The translations under genes were made by a program, and so were the position numbers. A stretch of DNA of 64,000 nt from an uncultured Candidatus Saccharibacteria bacterium (lineage in GTDB: Bacteria; Patescibacteriota; WWE3; UBA101185; UBA10185): assembly GCA_964643995.1 (NCBI GenBank), contig CAZXUJ010000001.1:337492-401491 (forward strand), given 5' to 3'. The notes beneath the pieces are model-generated. The model worked only from the letters and a program-made list of their open reading frames with translations, was not told where the DNA came from and did not search any database. Below, piece after piece: positions 1-9,973 of this stretch (positions within the stretch are counted from its first letter, which is position 1; the number at the start of each line of letters is the position of its first letter).

Positions 1-1
1 C

Positions 2-544
2 TCGAGAGCAAAAATAATAGGGAAAGAAACTTTCCCAGACTTTTTCTTATACGTAGACGAGTTTCAAAATTTTGCTACACCAGACTTTGCTACCATATTA
101 AGCGAAGCGAGAAAATACAAACTTAATCTCACCGTGGCACACCAGTTTATTGCGCAATTACCACAAGAAATAAAAGATGCGGTTTTTGGTAATGTTGGCA
201 GCATGGGAGTATTTAGGATAAGTCCAGAAGACGCTGAATTTGTATTGCCACAGTTTGAGCCGACTTTTTCAGTAAACGATATTATAAGGAACCCTGTGGG
301 CAACTGTTATTTAAAACTTTTGATCGACGGCTATCCAAGCCCACCATTCTCGTTGAAAGTAGATTGGGAGAAAATCACAAGTATGCCAAAGAGCAAAGAG
401 AGGGCGGCACAAATAGTGGGATTATCCAGAAATAAATATGGTGTGGCAAGAAGTGAGGTAGAAGCCTTCATAAATGAACGCTCCGGGCTGAACACACCAC
501 CCCCACCGCCAAAACCAGACCCCAAAAAACTAGTGCCCTTTTAA
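2..544 (+). CDS. C-terminal part of VirD4/TraG/TraD-like (type IV secretion coupling) ATPase, 5' truncated by window edge
   Basis: Frame is open from nt 2: ...FFLYVDEFQNFATPDFATILSEARKYKLNLTVAHQFIAQL... (Walker B plus the EARKY..AHQ signature). Confidence 0.85.
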   Translation, partial: SRAKIIGKETFPDFFLYVDEFQNFATPDFATILSEARKYKLNLTVAHQFIAQLPQEIKDAVFGNVGSMGVFRISPEDAEFVLPQFEPTFSVNDIIRNPVGNCYLKLLIDGYPSPPFSLKVDWEKITSMPKSKERAAQIVGLSRNKYGVARSEVEAFINERSGLNTPPPPPKPDPKKLVPF

Positions 545-612
545 ACTAGCTATATCTGCTTTGCAATTTATATTAAAATTAGACATAATCAAACTAAGTC
601 CGAAGGTATACG

Positions 613-1839
613 ATGTTAGGATTACCATTTAAAAAAGAGAAAAAACAAAAGAGAGCTTTCCTGACTGTAGATATAGGGTCACAAACCGTTAAGTGTCTGG
701 CATTCAAAAATACAATTGATGAAACCGACATACAACATCCAGTAAAGGTAGTGGGAATTGGAAAAGAGTGGCTAGAGCCATGGAGTGTAAGGAGTGGAAC
801 GATAATTGAAATGGATAATGTGGTCAAAGCCCTGGATGCAGCAATTTTTAAAGCTACAGAGGAAATAGAAGAGGCTATTGATGACGTGATATTCGGGGTT
901 AGTGGAGATGTGAGTACATGTATGGTCACAACAGCGAGAGTTCATAGAAAAAGGCCAGATAAAGAAATTACTACCAAAGAACTCGGGGAAATTGAGGCAA
1001 AGTTATTAAATACAGCGATAACAAACGCACAAAGTAGAATTTCAAAAAAAACTGGGGATATGGAAACAACCTTGGAACTCATCACCACAGCGATAGTATC
1101 CTCGAAACTCGATGGCACCGAACATACCTCCCTGGAAGGCGTAGTTGGAAGAACAATTGAAATAGCATTGTTTAATGTTTTTACACCAAAATATTATCTG
1201 AAAACACTGGAAGATCTAGCCTCAATGCTGAATCTTAATATCTTAGCTATAACATCAAACCTCTATGCTATAAGTGAAAGCCTTAAAAAAGGTAAAAAGA
1301 ATAATAAGCTAGATTGTGTAATTGTAGATCTTGGAAGCGACACAACTGACATCGCAGTGTCGTTTGGAGGCGGTATAGTAACATCAAACACCTTAAATAT
1401 GGGTGGGCGGCAATTCACAAGACATATTAGCAACAGAACAGGTTTAAACTTCGCCGAAGCAGAAAAGAGAAAATATGATTATACGTTCGGAAAACTTGAC
1501 GAGAAAAGTAGCGAAGAGCTAGAAGTTTATTTAGAAGAAGTGACAAGTATATGGTTAAGCGGCATGGAGTTGTTATTTAACAACTTCGAAGGTGTAAAGA
1601 CATTCTCATCGGATATATATCTGACAGGGGGTGGCAGTAAACTCCCACTTGTAGCAGATTTTTTGAGAGAGAAACCCTGGACTAAGTCCATACCATTCAA
1701 AGAGCCACCTACGTTTACTAAGTTAACTGCTAAAGATATAGCCCATGTTTTGGATGCGACTGGTGAAGCAGATAAGGAAGAATACATTATACCCTTGGCA
1801 TTATCTTCGATATACTTAGAACTGATGCCAACGAAATAA
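613..1839 (+). CDS. ftsA: FtsA-like actin-fold cell division ATPase
   Basis: VDIGSQTVK, VDLGSDTTD, MGGRQFT, AEAEKRK and LTGGGS actin-superfamily motifs; SHS2-like insert. Confidence 0.8.
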   Translation: MLGLPFKKEKKQKRAFLTVDIGSQTVKCLAFKNTIDETDIQHPVKVVGIGKEWLEPWSVRSGTIIEMDNVVKALDAAIFKATEEIEEAIDDVIFGVSGDVSTCMVTTARVHRKRPDKEITTKELGEIEAKLLNTAITNAQSRISKKTGDMETTLELITTAIVSSKLDGTEHTSLEGVVGRTIEIALFNVFTPKYYLKTLEDLASMLNLNILAITSNLYAISESLKKGKKNNKLDCVIVDLGSDTTDIAVSFGGGIVTSNTLNMGGRQFTRHISNRTGLNFAEAEKRKYDYTFGKLDEKSSEELEVYLEEVTSIWLSGMELLFNNFEGVKTFSSDIYLTGGGSKLPLVADFLREKPWTKSIPFKEPPTFTKLTAKDIAHVLDATGEADKEEYIIPLALSSIYLELMPTK

Positions 1840-1841
1840 AT

Positions 1842-3383
1842 ATGACAAAGATCGAACTAGAAATACATGATGATATTCTTTCCGCATTAGAGAAAATCAA
1901 GAATGTTGACGACCATGGTATTGAACTTATAATCCCAGAGGGATCAGTACTATTCGATAATATCATCAATCTAAAACTACTTGAAAAAGAAGCGGAAAAA
2001 GTAGAAAAAACTCTCCACTTTTCAACAACAGACAAATATGGTCTTAACATCATCGCGGAACTTACTAGTGAGGATTCTCCTGAAGACCTCACGGCAAAGG
2101 AATTCGCCATGGATGAATCTCACCATGAAGAGTCACGATCAAGAAGAGAACCCAAATTTCACGGCCAAAATGCCTTTGCCTCAATAACAAACAGACTTAA
2201 AACACGCAAATCAAAACTCTTCAAACTCCTGCTCATAATGGCAATAATTTTAGGTTTAGGAACTTATGGCGCAGTATACGCACTACAAACTGTACCAAAG
2301 GCTAACGTTAAAGTAATAGTGAATTCACAACCCTTAACAAAAAGTGTGCAAATAAAAGTGATTAAAGATGGTAGTTCGAATGCAGACTCGAAAATTCTCA
2401 AAGGCCACCAGGTAGATACTGTAGTATCAATAACTGAAGTAACCCCTGCCACAGGTGAAAGACTTATTGGAGAAAACGCTGAAGGAAAAATTCGTATTTT
2501 CAACAAAACTATCACTGAAAAAGAGTTCAAAAAAGGACATCTTGTCAGAATAGAGGAAGATGATGAGGAGTTGGAGTATAAACTAAAGGAAACTGTTACT
2601 GTACCAGCAGGAACAGAAGATCCAGACACACACGTCTTCACACCGGGAATTGCCAATGCCAACGTAACAGCAACAGATATTGGCGAGGTATACAACATAG
2701 AGGATGGAAAAGATTTAGAAGTCGACGACGAGGACACTTCAGATTTTATTGCTGAGAGTGATAAAGATTTTTCGGGTGGTAAGAGTGAAAAAATTCTTGT
2801 AGTAACCGAAGCTGACAAAACTTTACTCATAAACAATGCATTGAAAAAAAGTCAGGAAAATATAGAAAGTAACCTGGAAGCTAAAAATTCTACAAGCAGA
2901 AAATATATCAAGGGATCATTTAGCTCAAAAGTAGTTAAAGAAGAGTTCAGTCATGAAATAGACGAAGAAGCAACTGAACTAGAATTAAAGCAAGAGTTAC
3001 TTATAACTGGTCTGGCATACTCGGAAAATGAACTAGATCAGTTACTTTCCAAATTGGTAGAGGGACTGATACCAGACGGGTATACCCTATCATCGCAAGA
3101 TAAGGAAATAAAAGTTGAAGTTTTGGGTAATACTGAAACGACAGTTGCTTCAACAGATGAAGCAGATATTCAGGTGACAATAAAAGCCTTTGTGATAACT
3201 ATTATTGAGCAAGATGATTTAACAGCACAAATGGTGGGAAAACCAATTGAAGAAGCACAAAAAATACTTGGCGGTATAAAGAATATCCAAACGTATGAGC
3301 TTAACGTGTCACCAAGCATACCGTTTTTACAGAAAATGCCGACAAATCCAGAAAACATTAATTTGACTATTGAAAAACAATGA
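1842..3383 (+). CDS. Membrane-anchored baseplate J/gp47-like domain protein (CPR-type)
   Basis: Single TM at about aa 127-148; A.GKIRIFN, VTVPAG, VTATDIGEVYNI and FSGG motifs; 2-bp gap from ftsA. Confidence 0.6.
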   Translation: MTKIELEIHDDILSALEKIKNVDDHGIELIIPEGSVLFDNIINLKLLEKEAEKVEKTLHFSTTDKYGLNIIAELTSEDSPEDLTAKEFAMDESHHEESRSRREPKFHGQNAFASITNRLKTRKSKLFKLLLIMAIILGLGTYGAVYALQTVPKANVKVIVNSQPLTKSVQIKVIKDGSSNADSKILKGHQVDTVVSITEVTPATGERLIGENAEGKIRIFNKTITEKEFKKGHLVRIEEDDEELEYKLKETVTVPAGTEDPDTHVFTPGIANANVTATDIGEVYNIEDGKDLEVDDEDTSDFIAESDKDFSGGKSEKILVVTEADKTLLINNALKKSQENIESNLEAKNSTSRKYIKGSFSSKVVKEEFSHEIDEEATELELKQELLITGLAYSENELDQLLSKLVEGLIPDGYTLSSQDKEIKVEVLGNTETTVASTDEADIQVTIKAFVITIIEQDDLTAQMVGKPIEEAQKILGGIKNIQTYELNVSPSIPFLQKMPTNPENINLTIEKQ

Positions 3384-3799
3384 AGACTAAATCCATAGAA
3401 AATACTGTACTTGGGGTGGATTATGGTGGTAGTAATATCGGGTTGGCTTTAGGTAGAAATGGTTTTTCGATGCCATTACATGTGATCTCTGCAAAAAACG
3501 AATCATTAGCACTACAAGAAATAGGCAAAATAACTTACGAAAATAAAGTGGACAAAATAGTCATGGGGTTACCCCTAACTGCGGAAAATAAGGAAACAGA
3601 ACAATCACTGCTGGTAAGACAGTTCGCGAAAAAACTTAAGATTCAGCTTAAAAAACCTGTTGAATTTGTGAGTGAGTATCTGACATCCCAAACAGCTCTA
3701 GAAGGTTCAATAAGTATGGGCACCTCTCAAAAGGGACGAGGTAGTATAGATCACATTGCCGCCGCAATAATACTGAAAAACTATTACGACAAAAACTAA
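3380..3799 (+). CDS. yqgF: YqgF/RuvX family pre-16S rRNA processing nuclease
   Basis: LGVDYG..IGLA, IVMGLP, EYLTS, IDHIAAAIIL. Confidence 0.9.
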   Translation: MKTKSIENTVLGVDYGGSNIGLALGRNGFSMPLHVISAKNESLALQEIGKITYENKVDKIVMGLPLTAENKETEQSLLVRQFAKKLKIQLKKPVEFVSEYLTSQTALEGSISMGTSQKGRGSIDHIAAAIILKNYYDKN

Positions 3800-3804
3800 A
3801 AAAA

Positions 3805-4077
3805 CTAGTTCTTTACTTCAGGAAGATCTATCTTGACTTCTTTAGATCCACATAGCAAGCACTCAAAGTTTTCACCTGGCAACAGGCAAGAAGGGCAGAT
3901 ATACATACCATCCTTGTGTATGAGCTCATTACTTTCGCAGGTATTGCAAAGAAACATGACATCATCTCTAGATATTTGACCACACTTTGGGCAAAGAAAA
4001 TTAGTATGCGTCTCCTCAGGAGTTTCCTCCAAATCAGTATCCTCGAAGCTTTGATCCTCGTTTAAATTATAATCCAT
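3805..4077 (-). CDS. Small acidic multi-CxxC zinc-ribbon protein
   Basis: Four CxxC pairs (CPKC, CNTC, CPSC, CLLC) after an acidic N-terminus. Confidence 0.7.
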   Translation of the reverse strand: MDYNLNEDQSFEDTDLEETPEETHTNFLCPKCGQISRDDVMFLCNTCESNELIHKDGMYICPSCLLPGENFECLLCGSKEVKIDLPEVKN

Positions 4078-4131
4078 ATGAAGAATCGTAACACACTTCA
4101 AAGATCTTGTTCAACATGTTAATCTTATGCT

Positions 4132-4314
4132 ATGGAGATAATCCAATTTGTCATGTATGGGTACTTGGGAATAGGCTTTTTGTATGCACTATATATTCTG
4201 CTTTTTCAAGGGGACCGTTGGTATGCATTTCCAATAAACCTTGCTCTTGGACCGATTTTTCTGGTTTATAACTTCATGGTTTTATATAAAGAAAGAAAGC
4301 ATAGGGAAATTTAA
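4132..4314 (+). CDS. Small two-TM membrane protein
   Basis: Two hydrophobic segments; 2-bp gap to next gene. Confidence 0.6.
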   Translation: MEIIQFVMYGYLGIGFLYALYILLFQGDRWYAFPINLALGPIFLVYNFMVLYKERKHREI

Positions 4315-4316
4315 AA

Positions 4317-5042
4317 ATGTATAAAAGAATCTTTGAAGGAAAAAATACAGCAATCTTTGACCTCGATGGTACAGTAATAGATTCTGAGTACGCTTGGTAC
4401 AAAGCTTTTGAGACTGTTTTGAAAACAGCAGCTCCTGACGCACTTATAGATGCAAAAAATATCATGTTAACTTCTGGAGTACCTATCATGGATAAATGGT
4501 TTTCTTTGATGTCATCCGGAATTGTAAGCGGTAGCAATAATGCAAAGACATTGACCGAAACAACTATAACAGAGTATCTGAAACTTCTCCAGCTAGGTGC
4601 AATACAAATTAGAGAAGGTTTCTGGGAACTCGCCGCGGAATTAAAACTACTAAAAGACTTCAGACTAGCACTCGTAACAAACACCTCAAGAAATGTAGTA
4701 GATCTAGTTTCTAAAAACCTATCCTTTGGAGCAACATTTGACTTAATCATATGTGGAGACGAAATCTCAAAACCAAAACCCAATCCTGAAATATATCTCA
4801 AAGCCCTAAAAGTACTCAATATCAGAGCGAAAGATGCTTTAGCCTTTGAGGATTCTGTAACCGGCGTTACCGCTGCTACAAAAGCTGGTATTGATACAGT
4901 GGTTATATGGGATGGACGTATTCACGAACAGGACTACCCTATGGAAGTGTTGGGATACGTAGCAGACTTCACCCCATTCCCCGGTAATCTTGATAAAACT
5001 ATAAAAGATATAATAAAGGACTACGCACAGAGCAAAAGTTAA
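4317..5042 (+). CDS. HAD-superfamily phosphatase (beta-PGM/CbbY-like)
   Basis: FDLDGT, VTN, KPKPNPEIY, FEDS..G motifs I-IV. Confidence 0.9.
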   Translation: MYKRIFEGKNTAIFDLDGTVIDSEYAWYKAFETVLKTAAPDALIDAKNIMLTSGVPIMDKWFSLMSSGIVSGSNNAKTLTETTITEYLKLLQLGAIQIREGFWELAAELKLLKDFRLALVTNTSRNVVDLVSKNLSFGATFDLIICGDEISKPKPNPEIYLKALKVLNIRAKDALAFEDSVTGVTAATKAGIDTVVIWDGRIHEQDYPMEVLGYVADFTPFPGNLDKTIKDIIKDYAQSKS

Positions 5043-5066
5043 ATCCTAAAATCACATAAGTGAAAT

Positions 5067-5312
5067 TTAGATGAACTGTATTTGTAATTCTTCAACTGTA
5101 CAAAATACAGGTCCTCTCCTGTTTTTGTTTACGAGCGCCCATAGAGCCTTTTTCTCCCCCTCTAGATCCATTTCAATGTGACCATTGTTGTGGTACATGA
5201 TAGAGTGAGTTTTAACTCCATGCTTTCTAGCGTGATATTTATGAAACACATTGTATATGGCACTCTTTAAATTGCCTTTAATGTGCATTTTCAAGCGTGT
5301 ATTGTTCTCCAT
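5067..5312 (-). CDS. Acylphosphatase-fold protein (degenerate)
   Basis: Size and pattern (RLKMHIKG...NNGHIEMDLEGEK...RGPVFCTVEEL) resemble AcyP, but the VQGVGFR loop is absent. Confidence 0.5.
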   Translation of the reverse strand: MENNTRLKMHIKGNLKSAIYNVFHKYHARKHGVKTHSIMYHNNGHIEMDLEGEKKALWALVNKNRRGPVFCTVEELQIQFI

Positions 5313-5393
5313 CGCTCCTTTTAATTAAGTACTATTCAAATGATCCTTTTGTGGATCTGACAATTATACCAAGTCCAGGGTAAAATGCAAGTT

Positions 5394-5948
5394 TTAGTTT
5401 AATTTGAGGAAATTAGCCCTATAATACTTTAGTTGCTCAATAGATTCTTGAATATCCTCCAAAGCCCTATGTGTTTCTTTTTTCTTAAAATCAGGTATAT
5501 CAGGCCGCCAACGGCTACATAACTGCTTTAGGGTGGTCACATCTAAGTTTCGATAATGTAGAAAACTGTTTAACTTAGGCATATGTTTATAGATAAATGA
5601 TCGGTCTGTATGAACTGAATTACCACATAATGGTGAAACACCTTTGCTTACATGAGATTTAATAAACTGCAAAATAGTTTCTTCAGCTTCTTCTGTACTT
5701 ATCGTTGAATTTCTTACACTATCAATGAAACCTGATTCAAAAAAACTGTTAAGTACAGCATCTGTACAATCAATTTGTACTATAACATCATCGGGTTGAT
5801 GAATAATTATTTCTGGGGCTGTAGCTACTAGTTCTAGATCTTGAGTAGTGATTATGCAGGCTATCTGAATTATCTTCTGGATTGCAGGATCAAAGCCGGT
5901 CATTTCAAGATCAATCCAGACTAAATTTGTTGCGGGATTTGAATTCAT
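5394..5948 (-). CDS. orn: Oligoribonuclease
   Basis: LVWIDLEMTG, PLCGNSVHTDRSF, HYRNLDV, HRALEDIQES. Confidence 0.95.
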   Translation of the reverse strand: MNSNPATNLVWIDLEMTGFDPAIQKIIQIACIITTQDLELVATAPEIIIHQPDDVIVQIDCTDAVLNSFFESGFIDSVRNSTISTEEAEETILQFIKSHVSKGVSPLCGNSVHTDRSFIYKHMPKLNSFLHYRNLDVTTLKQLCSRWRPDIPDFKKKETHRALEDIQESIEQLKYYRANFLKLN

Positions 5949-6009
5949 AAATCCTAAACATAATAACATAAACGAAATAGGGATTACTTGGTATAATCAG
6001 AAAAAATTT

Positions 6010-6357
6010 ATGGAAACAATAAAGCCTACAATTACATACGACGATTTTGCAAAGCTGGATATCAGGGTTGGTTTAGTCACAAATTGCGAAAATGTTCCAA
6101 AATCAGATAAATTACTGAGACTTGAAATAGATTTTGGAAAACTTGGTACAAGACAAATTCTTACGGGAATGTCCATGTGGTATAAACCAAAAGATTTCAT
6201 AAATAAGCAATTTTTGTTCATTGTCAATCTTGAACCTAGAAAAATGATGGGGCTTGAGTCACAGGGCATGCTACTATCCATCGGCACTGATCATGAACAA
6301 AAACCAATATTTATCCAACCTGCTGCTGAAACTACCAACGGTGAAGGGATCTCTTAA
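6010..6357 (+). CDS. Stand-alone tRNA-binding OB-fold protein (Trbp111/CsaA/MetRS C-terminal-like)
   Basis: DFAKLDIRVG, SDKLL, VNLEPRKMMGLESQGML. Confidence 0.9.
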   Translation: METIKPTITYDDFAKLDIRVGLVTNCENVPKSDKLLRLEIDFGKLGTRQILTGMSMWYKPKDFINKQFLFIVNLEPRKMMGLESQGMLLSIGTDHEQKPIFIQPAAETTNGEGIS

Positions 6358-6364
6358 ATTTTAA

Positions 6365-7543
6365 ATGCGTGCAGAATACTCTCCAAAAAAATATTATATA
6401 AAAACTTTGGGTTGCCAAGCTAACGTTGCGGATTCAAACACCATTTGTGGAGTACTAGAGGCCCTTGGTTTTGAGGCAACAACACAAATTCAAGATAGTG
6501 ACCTTGCAATCGTAAATACTTGTTCAATAAGGCAAAAAAGCGAAGATAAAGTTTACGGGATGGGGAAAATATTCTTGGGCGAACATGCCCAAATCGAACC
6601 AGAAAATAAACCGTTCGTAGTCATGGCAGGGTGCATGGTGGGATCAGTGACAGGGGAACGTCAAAGATATCAATTCGAGGAACTAAAGAAAAAAACTCCA
6701 TGGGTTGATGAATATATTAACCCTTCACAAATAATGGAACTGCCAACGATACTACAAAAACACCATATATTAGACAATTGGGCAGTTAAAAAATTTGATC
6801 CGGAAAATATAGTTACGGTTCAAAATGATAAAAAAAACGCTTTTGTAAATATTTCCTATGGATGTGACAACTTCTGCACATTTTGCGTTGTACCTTATGC
6901 ACGAGGTAAAGAGATCTCAAGGAGTGAAGAGGCTATTTTGAAGGAGATAAATCATCTGGTTTCACGAGGTTTTACCAAGATCACACTCTGTGGACAAAAC
7001 GTAAACTCCTGGGGACTGAATATGAGGGACAAGTTCGAGATCAGAACTGGTAGCGACCAAAACTTACCATTCGCACAACTACTTAGAAAAGTTCATGACG
7101 TTGCGCAAATCGAAAAAATAAGCTTCTTGTCGTCTAATCCTTTTGATTTCACAAATGACCTAATTCAAACACTAAAACTACCAAAAATATCAAACTACCT
7201 TCATATGGCTATTCAGTCAGGGAGCAATGAAATATTAAAAAAAATGAACCGAAGACATACCATTAAGGAATTTAAGGATTTGGTAAAAAAGCTAAAAAAA
7301 GCTCGCCCCGATATTGAGTTCGGAACGGATGTCATTGTCGGATTTCCGACTGAAACCGAAGAACAATTTCTGGAAACGGTGAAACTTTTTCAAGATGTTA
7401 AATTTAATGTGGCGTTTATATCTATCTACTCACCAAGAAAAGGGACGCCAGCACAAAAGTTTTTTAAGGATGACGTCCCGTTCAAAGAGAAAAAAAGACG
7501 GCACGCAGTACTAACTAAAGTTTGGCAGGAATCCTTAAAATAG
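6365..7543 (+). CDS. miaB: tRNA methylthiotransferase (radical SAM), no TRAM domain
   Basis: TLGCQAN, VNTCSIR, AGC, CDNFCTFC, QSGSN, IVGFP; directly upstream of miaA. Confidence 0.85.
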   Translation: MRAEYSPKKYYIKTLGCQANVADSNTICGVLEALGFEATTQIQDSDLAIVNTCSIRQKSEDKVYGMGKIFLGEHAQIEPENKPFVVMAGCMVGSVTGERQRYQFEELKKKTPWVDEYINPSQIMELPTILQKHHILDNWAVKKFDPENIVTVQNDKKNAFVNISYGCDNFCTFCVVPYARGKEISRSEEAILKEINHLVSRGFTKITLCGQNVNSWGLNMRDKFEIRTGSDQNLPFAQLLRKVHDVAQIEKISFLSSNPFDFTNDLIQTLKLPKISNYLHMAIQSGSNEILKKMNRRHTIKEFKDLVKKLKKARPDIEFGTDVIVGFPTETEEQFLETVKLFQDVKFNVAFISIYSPRKGTPAQKFFKDDVPFKEKKRRHAVLTKVWQESLK

Positions 7544-7551
7544 ACAAAACT

Positions 7552-8487
7552 ATGATCAACAAACTTGTTACAATAGTTGGACCCACCTCAAGTGGTAAAA
7601 CCTCGTTAGCACTAAAGCTATGTGAAATATATGGCGGATCTATAGTATCTGCTGACTCTCGCCAAGTTGTGAAAACAATGGATATTGGAACAGGAAAGAC
7701 ACCTTTGACAAGTGGTAAAAGGTACTCAAACATAGAAATTGTAAAAGATCATTGGAAGATAAACGGCAATAATATATACGGATATGATCTTGTTTCGCCA
7801 GATGAAAGTTTTTCAGCATGGCATTTCGCCAAATTTGCTAGAAACAAAATCAATGAGCTTCTGGAAAAAGACGTTACTCCCATTCTAGTAGGTGGTACAG
7901 GTTTTTACATTGACGCTACATTAGGTAAGGTAAAACTAAGCTCAAAATCTACATCACCTGAGTTACGGAAAAAATTGAACGATATGACGTCTACAGAATT
8001 GCTAGAGTACTTTACGCAATTAAAAATAGACAAAGAAATTGATATGCGTAATAGGGTACGTATACAAAGGGCAATAGAGAATCATTTAAACCTAGAAACC
8101 ACAGAAACATTTCCAGAACTGGAACCTGTTCAGTTACTAGAATTAGGACTTACTTCTGGTAGAGAGTACTTGTTCGAGAGGGTGGACAAATGGGTGGACA
8201 CAATGTGGGAAAACGGGCTCGTAGAAGAAACAAAAAAACTTTTGAAGATTTATGGGAAACAAAACTCAAAATTAACCGGAGTAGTTTATAAAACCGTGCT
8301 GGCATATCTAAATGGAGATTTGTCGGAAGAAGATGCTAAACAACGGACTAAATTTGACCTACATGCATATATACGAAGACAGCAAACATGGTTTAAAAAG
8401 AACGAAAATATAGTTTGGTACGATATTGCCGATACTACCTATCCAAACAAAGTAATTGACCATGTAAGTAATTTTCTAAAATGCTAA
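7552..8487 (+). CDS. miaA: tRNA dimethylallyltransferase
   Basis: GPTSSGKT, SADSRQ, MDIGTGK, VGGTGFY, YIRRQQTWF. Confidence 0.95.
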   Translation: MINKLVTIVGPTSSGKTSLALKLCEIYGGSIVSADSRQVVKTMDIGTGKTPLTSGKRYSNIEIVKDHWKINGNNIYGYDLVSPDESFSAWHFAKFARNKINELLEKDVTPILVGGTGFYIDATLGKVKLSSKSTSPELRKKLNDMTSTELLEYFTQLKIDKEIDMRNRVRIQRAIENHLNLETTETFPELEPVQLLELGLTSGREYLFERVDKWVDTMWENGLVEETKKLLKIYGKQNSKLTGVVYKTVLAYLNGDLSEEDAKQRTKFDLHAYIRRQQTWFKKNENIVWYDIADTTYPNKVIDHVSNFLKC

Positions 8488-8497
8488 AATAGGAACA

Positions 8498-9499
8498 ATG
8501 GACAAAGAAATTGTTATAAGCATAAAAACTATACTCTTCACATTAATTTTGGGCATTAGTGTTTATCTCTTTATAGTTATGAAACCAGTTATACTGACCG
8601 TACTTATAGCAATGATAATTGTTATTGCAATGGAGCATCCGATAGGCATCATAATGACTCAAAAGTTTATGAATAAGCCCGTTTCCAGAGGCGTCGCCGT
8701 AATAATATCCTACTTCACATTAGCAATGTTAGTAATTCTGGCGTTAGTCATAGTGTTGCCACCAGTAGTTACACAAGCACAAAAACTAATGATAAGCTTA
8801 TCCGACTTTGTAAAAAGCATTCCTGGGTTTGAGCAAGCTAATATAGGCGTGAAGGATCTTTTTGGAGACCTATCAAAGGTGTCCGAAAATTTTTTCACAA
8901 CGACGTTTTCATTCTTTTCGGGCATAACAACTGTATTGAGTTTGTTAATAATTTCCATCTACATGTCGGTAGATTGGCCAAACATCAAAAAGAAAATATT
9001 TTCTTTTTTCAGAGGTAATCTCAAACAACAGGTTCAAGATACATTTGACGAGATAGAACTAAGTATTGGGCACTGGGTTAAAGGACAACTTTACCTAATG
9101 GTCATAGTAGGATTCATGAGCTTTGGAGGTCTAGTACTGTTTAGAGTCGAGTACGCACTGGCCTTAGGACTGATTTCAGGATTGTTGGAAATAGTACCCG
9201 TACTTGGACCATTAATAGCTGTTGTAATAGGCAGTATTGTAGGCTTTTCGGACTCTTTCACAAAGGGAGTACTTGTTGTGGGGCTTTTCACACTTATACA
9301 ACAAATTGAAAACAATTTCTTGGTTCCTAAGGTTATGCAAAGGGTATCGGGATTCAGCCCATTAGCGATACTTATAGCATTACTAATTGGAACGAGATTA
9401 CTAGGAACAATCGGGGCAATAATATCAGTACCTACGATGATGGTGGGCGTTGTGATTTTAAAACAAGTTCTCAAATATCAACCAAACAAAAGTGAATAA
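8498..9499 (+). CDS. AI-2E family (PerM-like) transporter
   Basis: Multi-TM; LEIVPVLGP, QQIENNFLVPKVM, GAIISVP. Confidence 0.9.
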   Translation: MDKEIVISIKTILFTLILGISVYLFIVMKPVILTVLIAMIIVIAMEHPIGIIMTQKFMNKPVSRGVAVIISYFTLAMLVILALVIVLPPVVTQAQKLMISLSDFVKSIPGFEQANIGVKDLFGDLSKVSENFFTTTFSFFSGITTVLSLLIISIYMSVDWPNIKKKIFSFFRGNLKQQVQDTFDEIELSIGHWVKGQLYLMVIVGFMSFGGLVLFRVEYALALGLISGLLEIVPVLGPLIAVVIGSIVGFSDSFTKGVLVVGLFTLIQQIENNFLVPKVMQRVSGFSPLAILIALLIGTRLLGTIGAIISVPTMMVGVVILKQVLKYQPNKSE

Positions 9500-9506
9500 A
9501 TCATAA

Positions 9507-9856
9507 GCAGGAAGCGAATAAGCCAGATTCTGTTTCAAGGCCTTGCGACCTCTAACGACCATCTATCTATGCTCCATCTTCGTACCTCGCCGAGCAAGCT
9601 GTTAACGGTACTGTCGTGGATTGCTGCGGGTGGGATTGCCCGTTTCAACTTTCTCCATACATGAGTTTTGCATCAAACTTAGGAAAAAGCTCGTCTCTGT
9701 TGCTCTCAAAACATGTCCATTCATGCTTTGTTCCTTAAGCTTTCACCTTTGGACACCAGCAGTTTCCTGTCGGAGCTTACACTCCGTTCCCTGCTCTATG
9801 CAGTCTGGACTTTCCTCCTCTTTATATAAAAAAAAGGCGGCCGTACTGCTTCCTGC
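9507..9856 (-). ncRNA. rnpB: RNase P RNA
   Basis: Minus strand has GAGGAAAGUCC near the 5' end and ACAGAAUCUGGCUUAU near the 3' end; terminal P1 helix GCAGGAAGC/GCUUCCUGC. Confidence 0.95.
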
Positions 9857-9973
9857 AGAGGTATTCTACCACGCGGGCAACTATACGTGCTATAGGTTGA
9901 ATTTTTACGGTTTTGGAGGTAAAATACGCGCACTCTATCTTATTTACACAAGTCACAGTTTAAGGAGATCGAC

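Noticed and set aside
2-544. Conjugative element
   Set aside because: The VirD4-like fragment is flanked by housekeeping genes; no relaxase or T4SS genes are visible in the window
1842-3383. Contractile injection system or tailocin
   Set aside because: Lone baseplate-J-like gene with a TM; no sheath, tube or spike genes nearby
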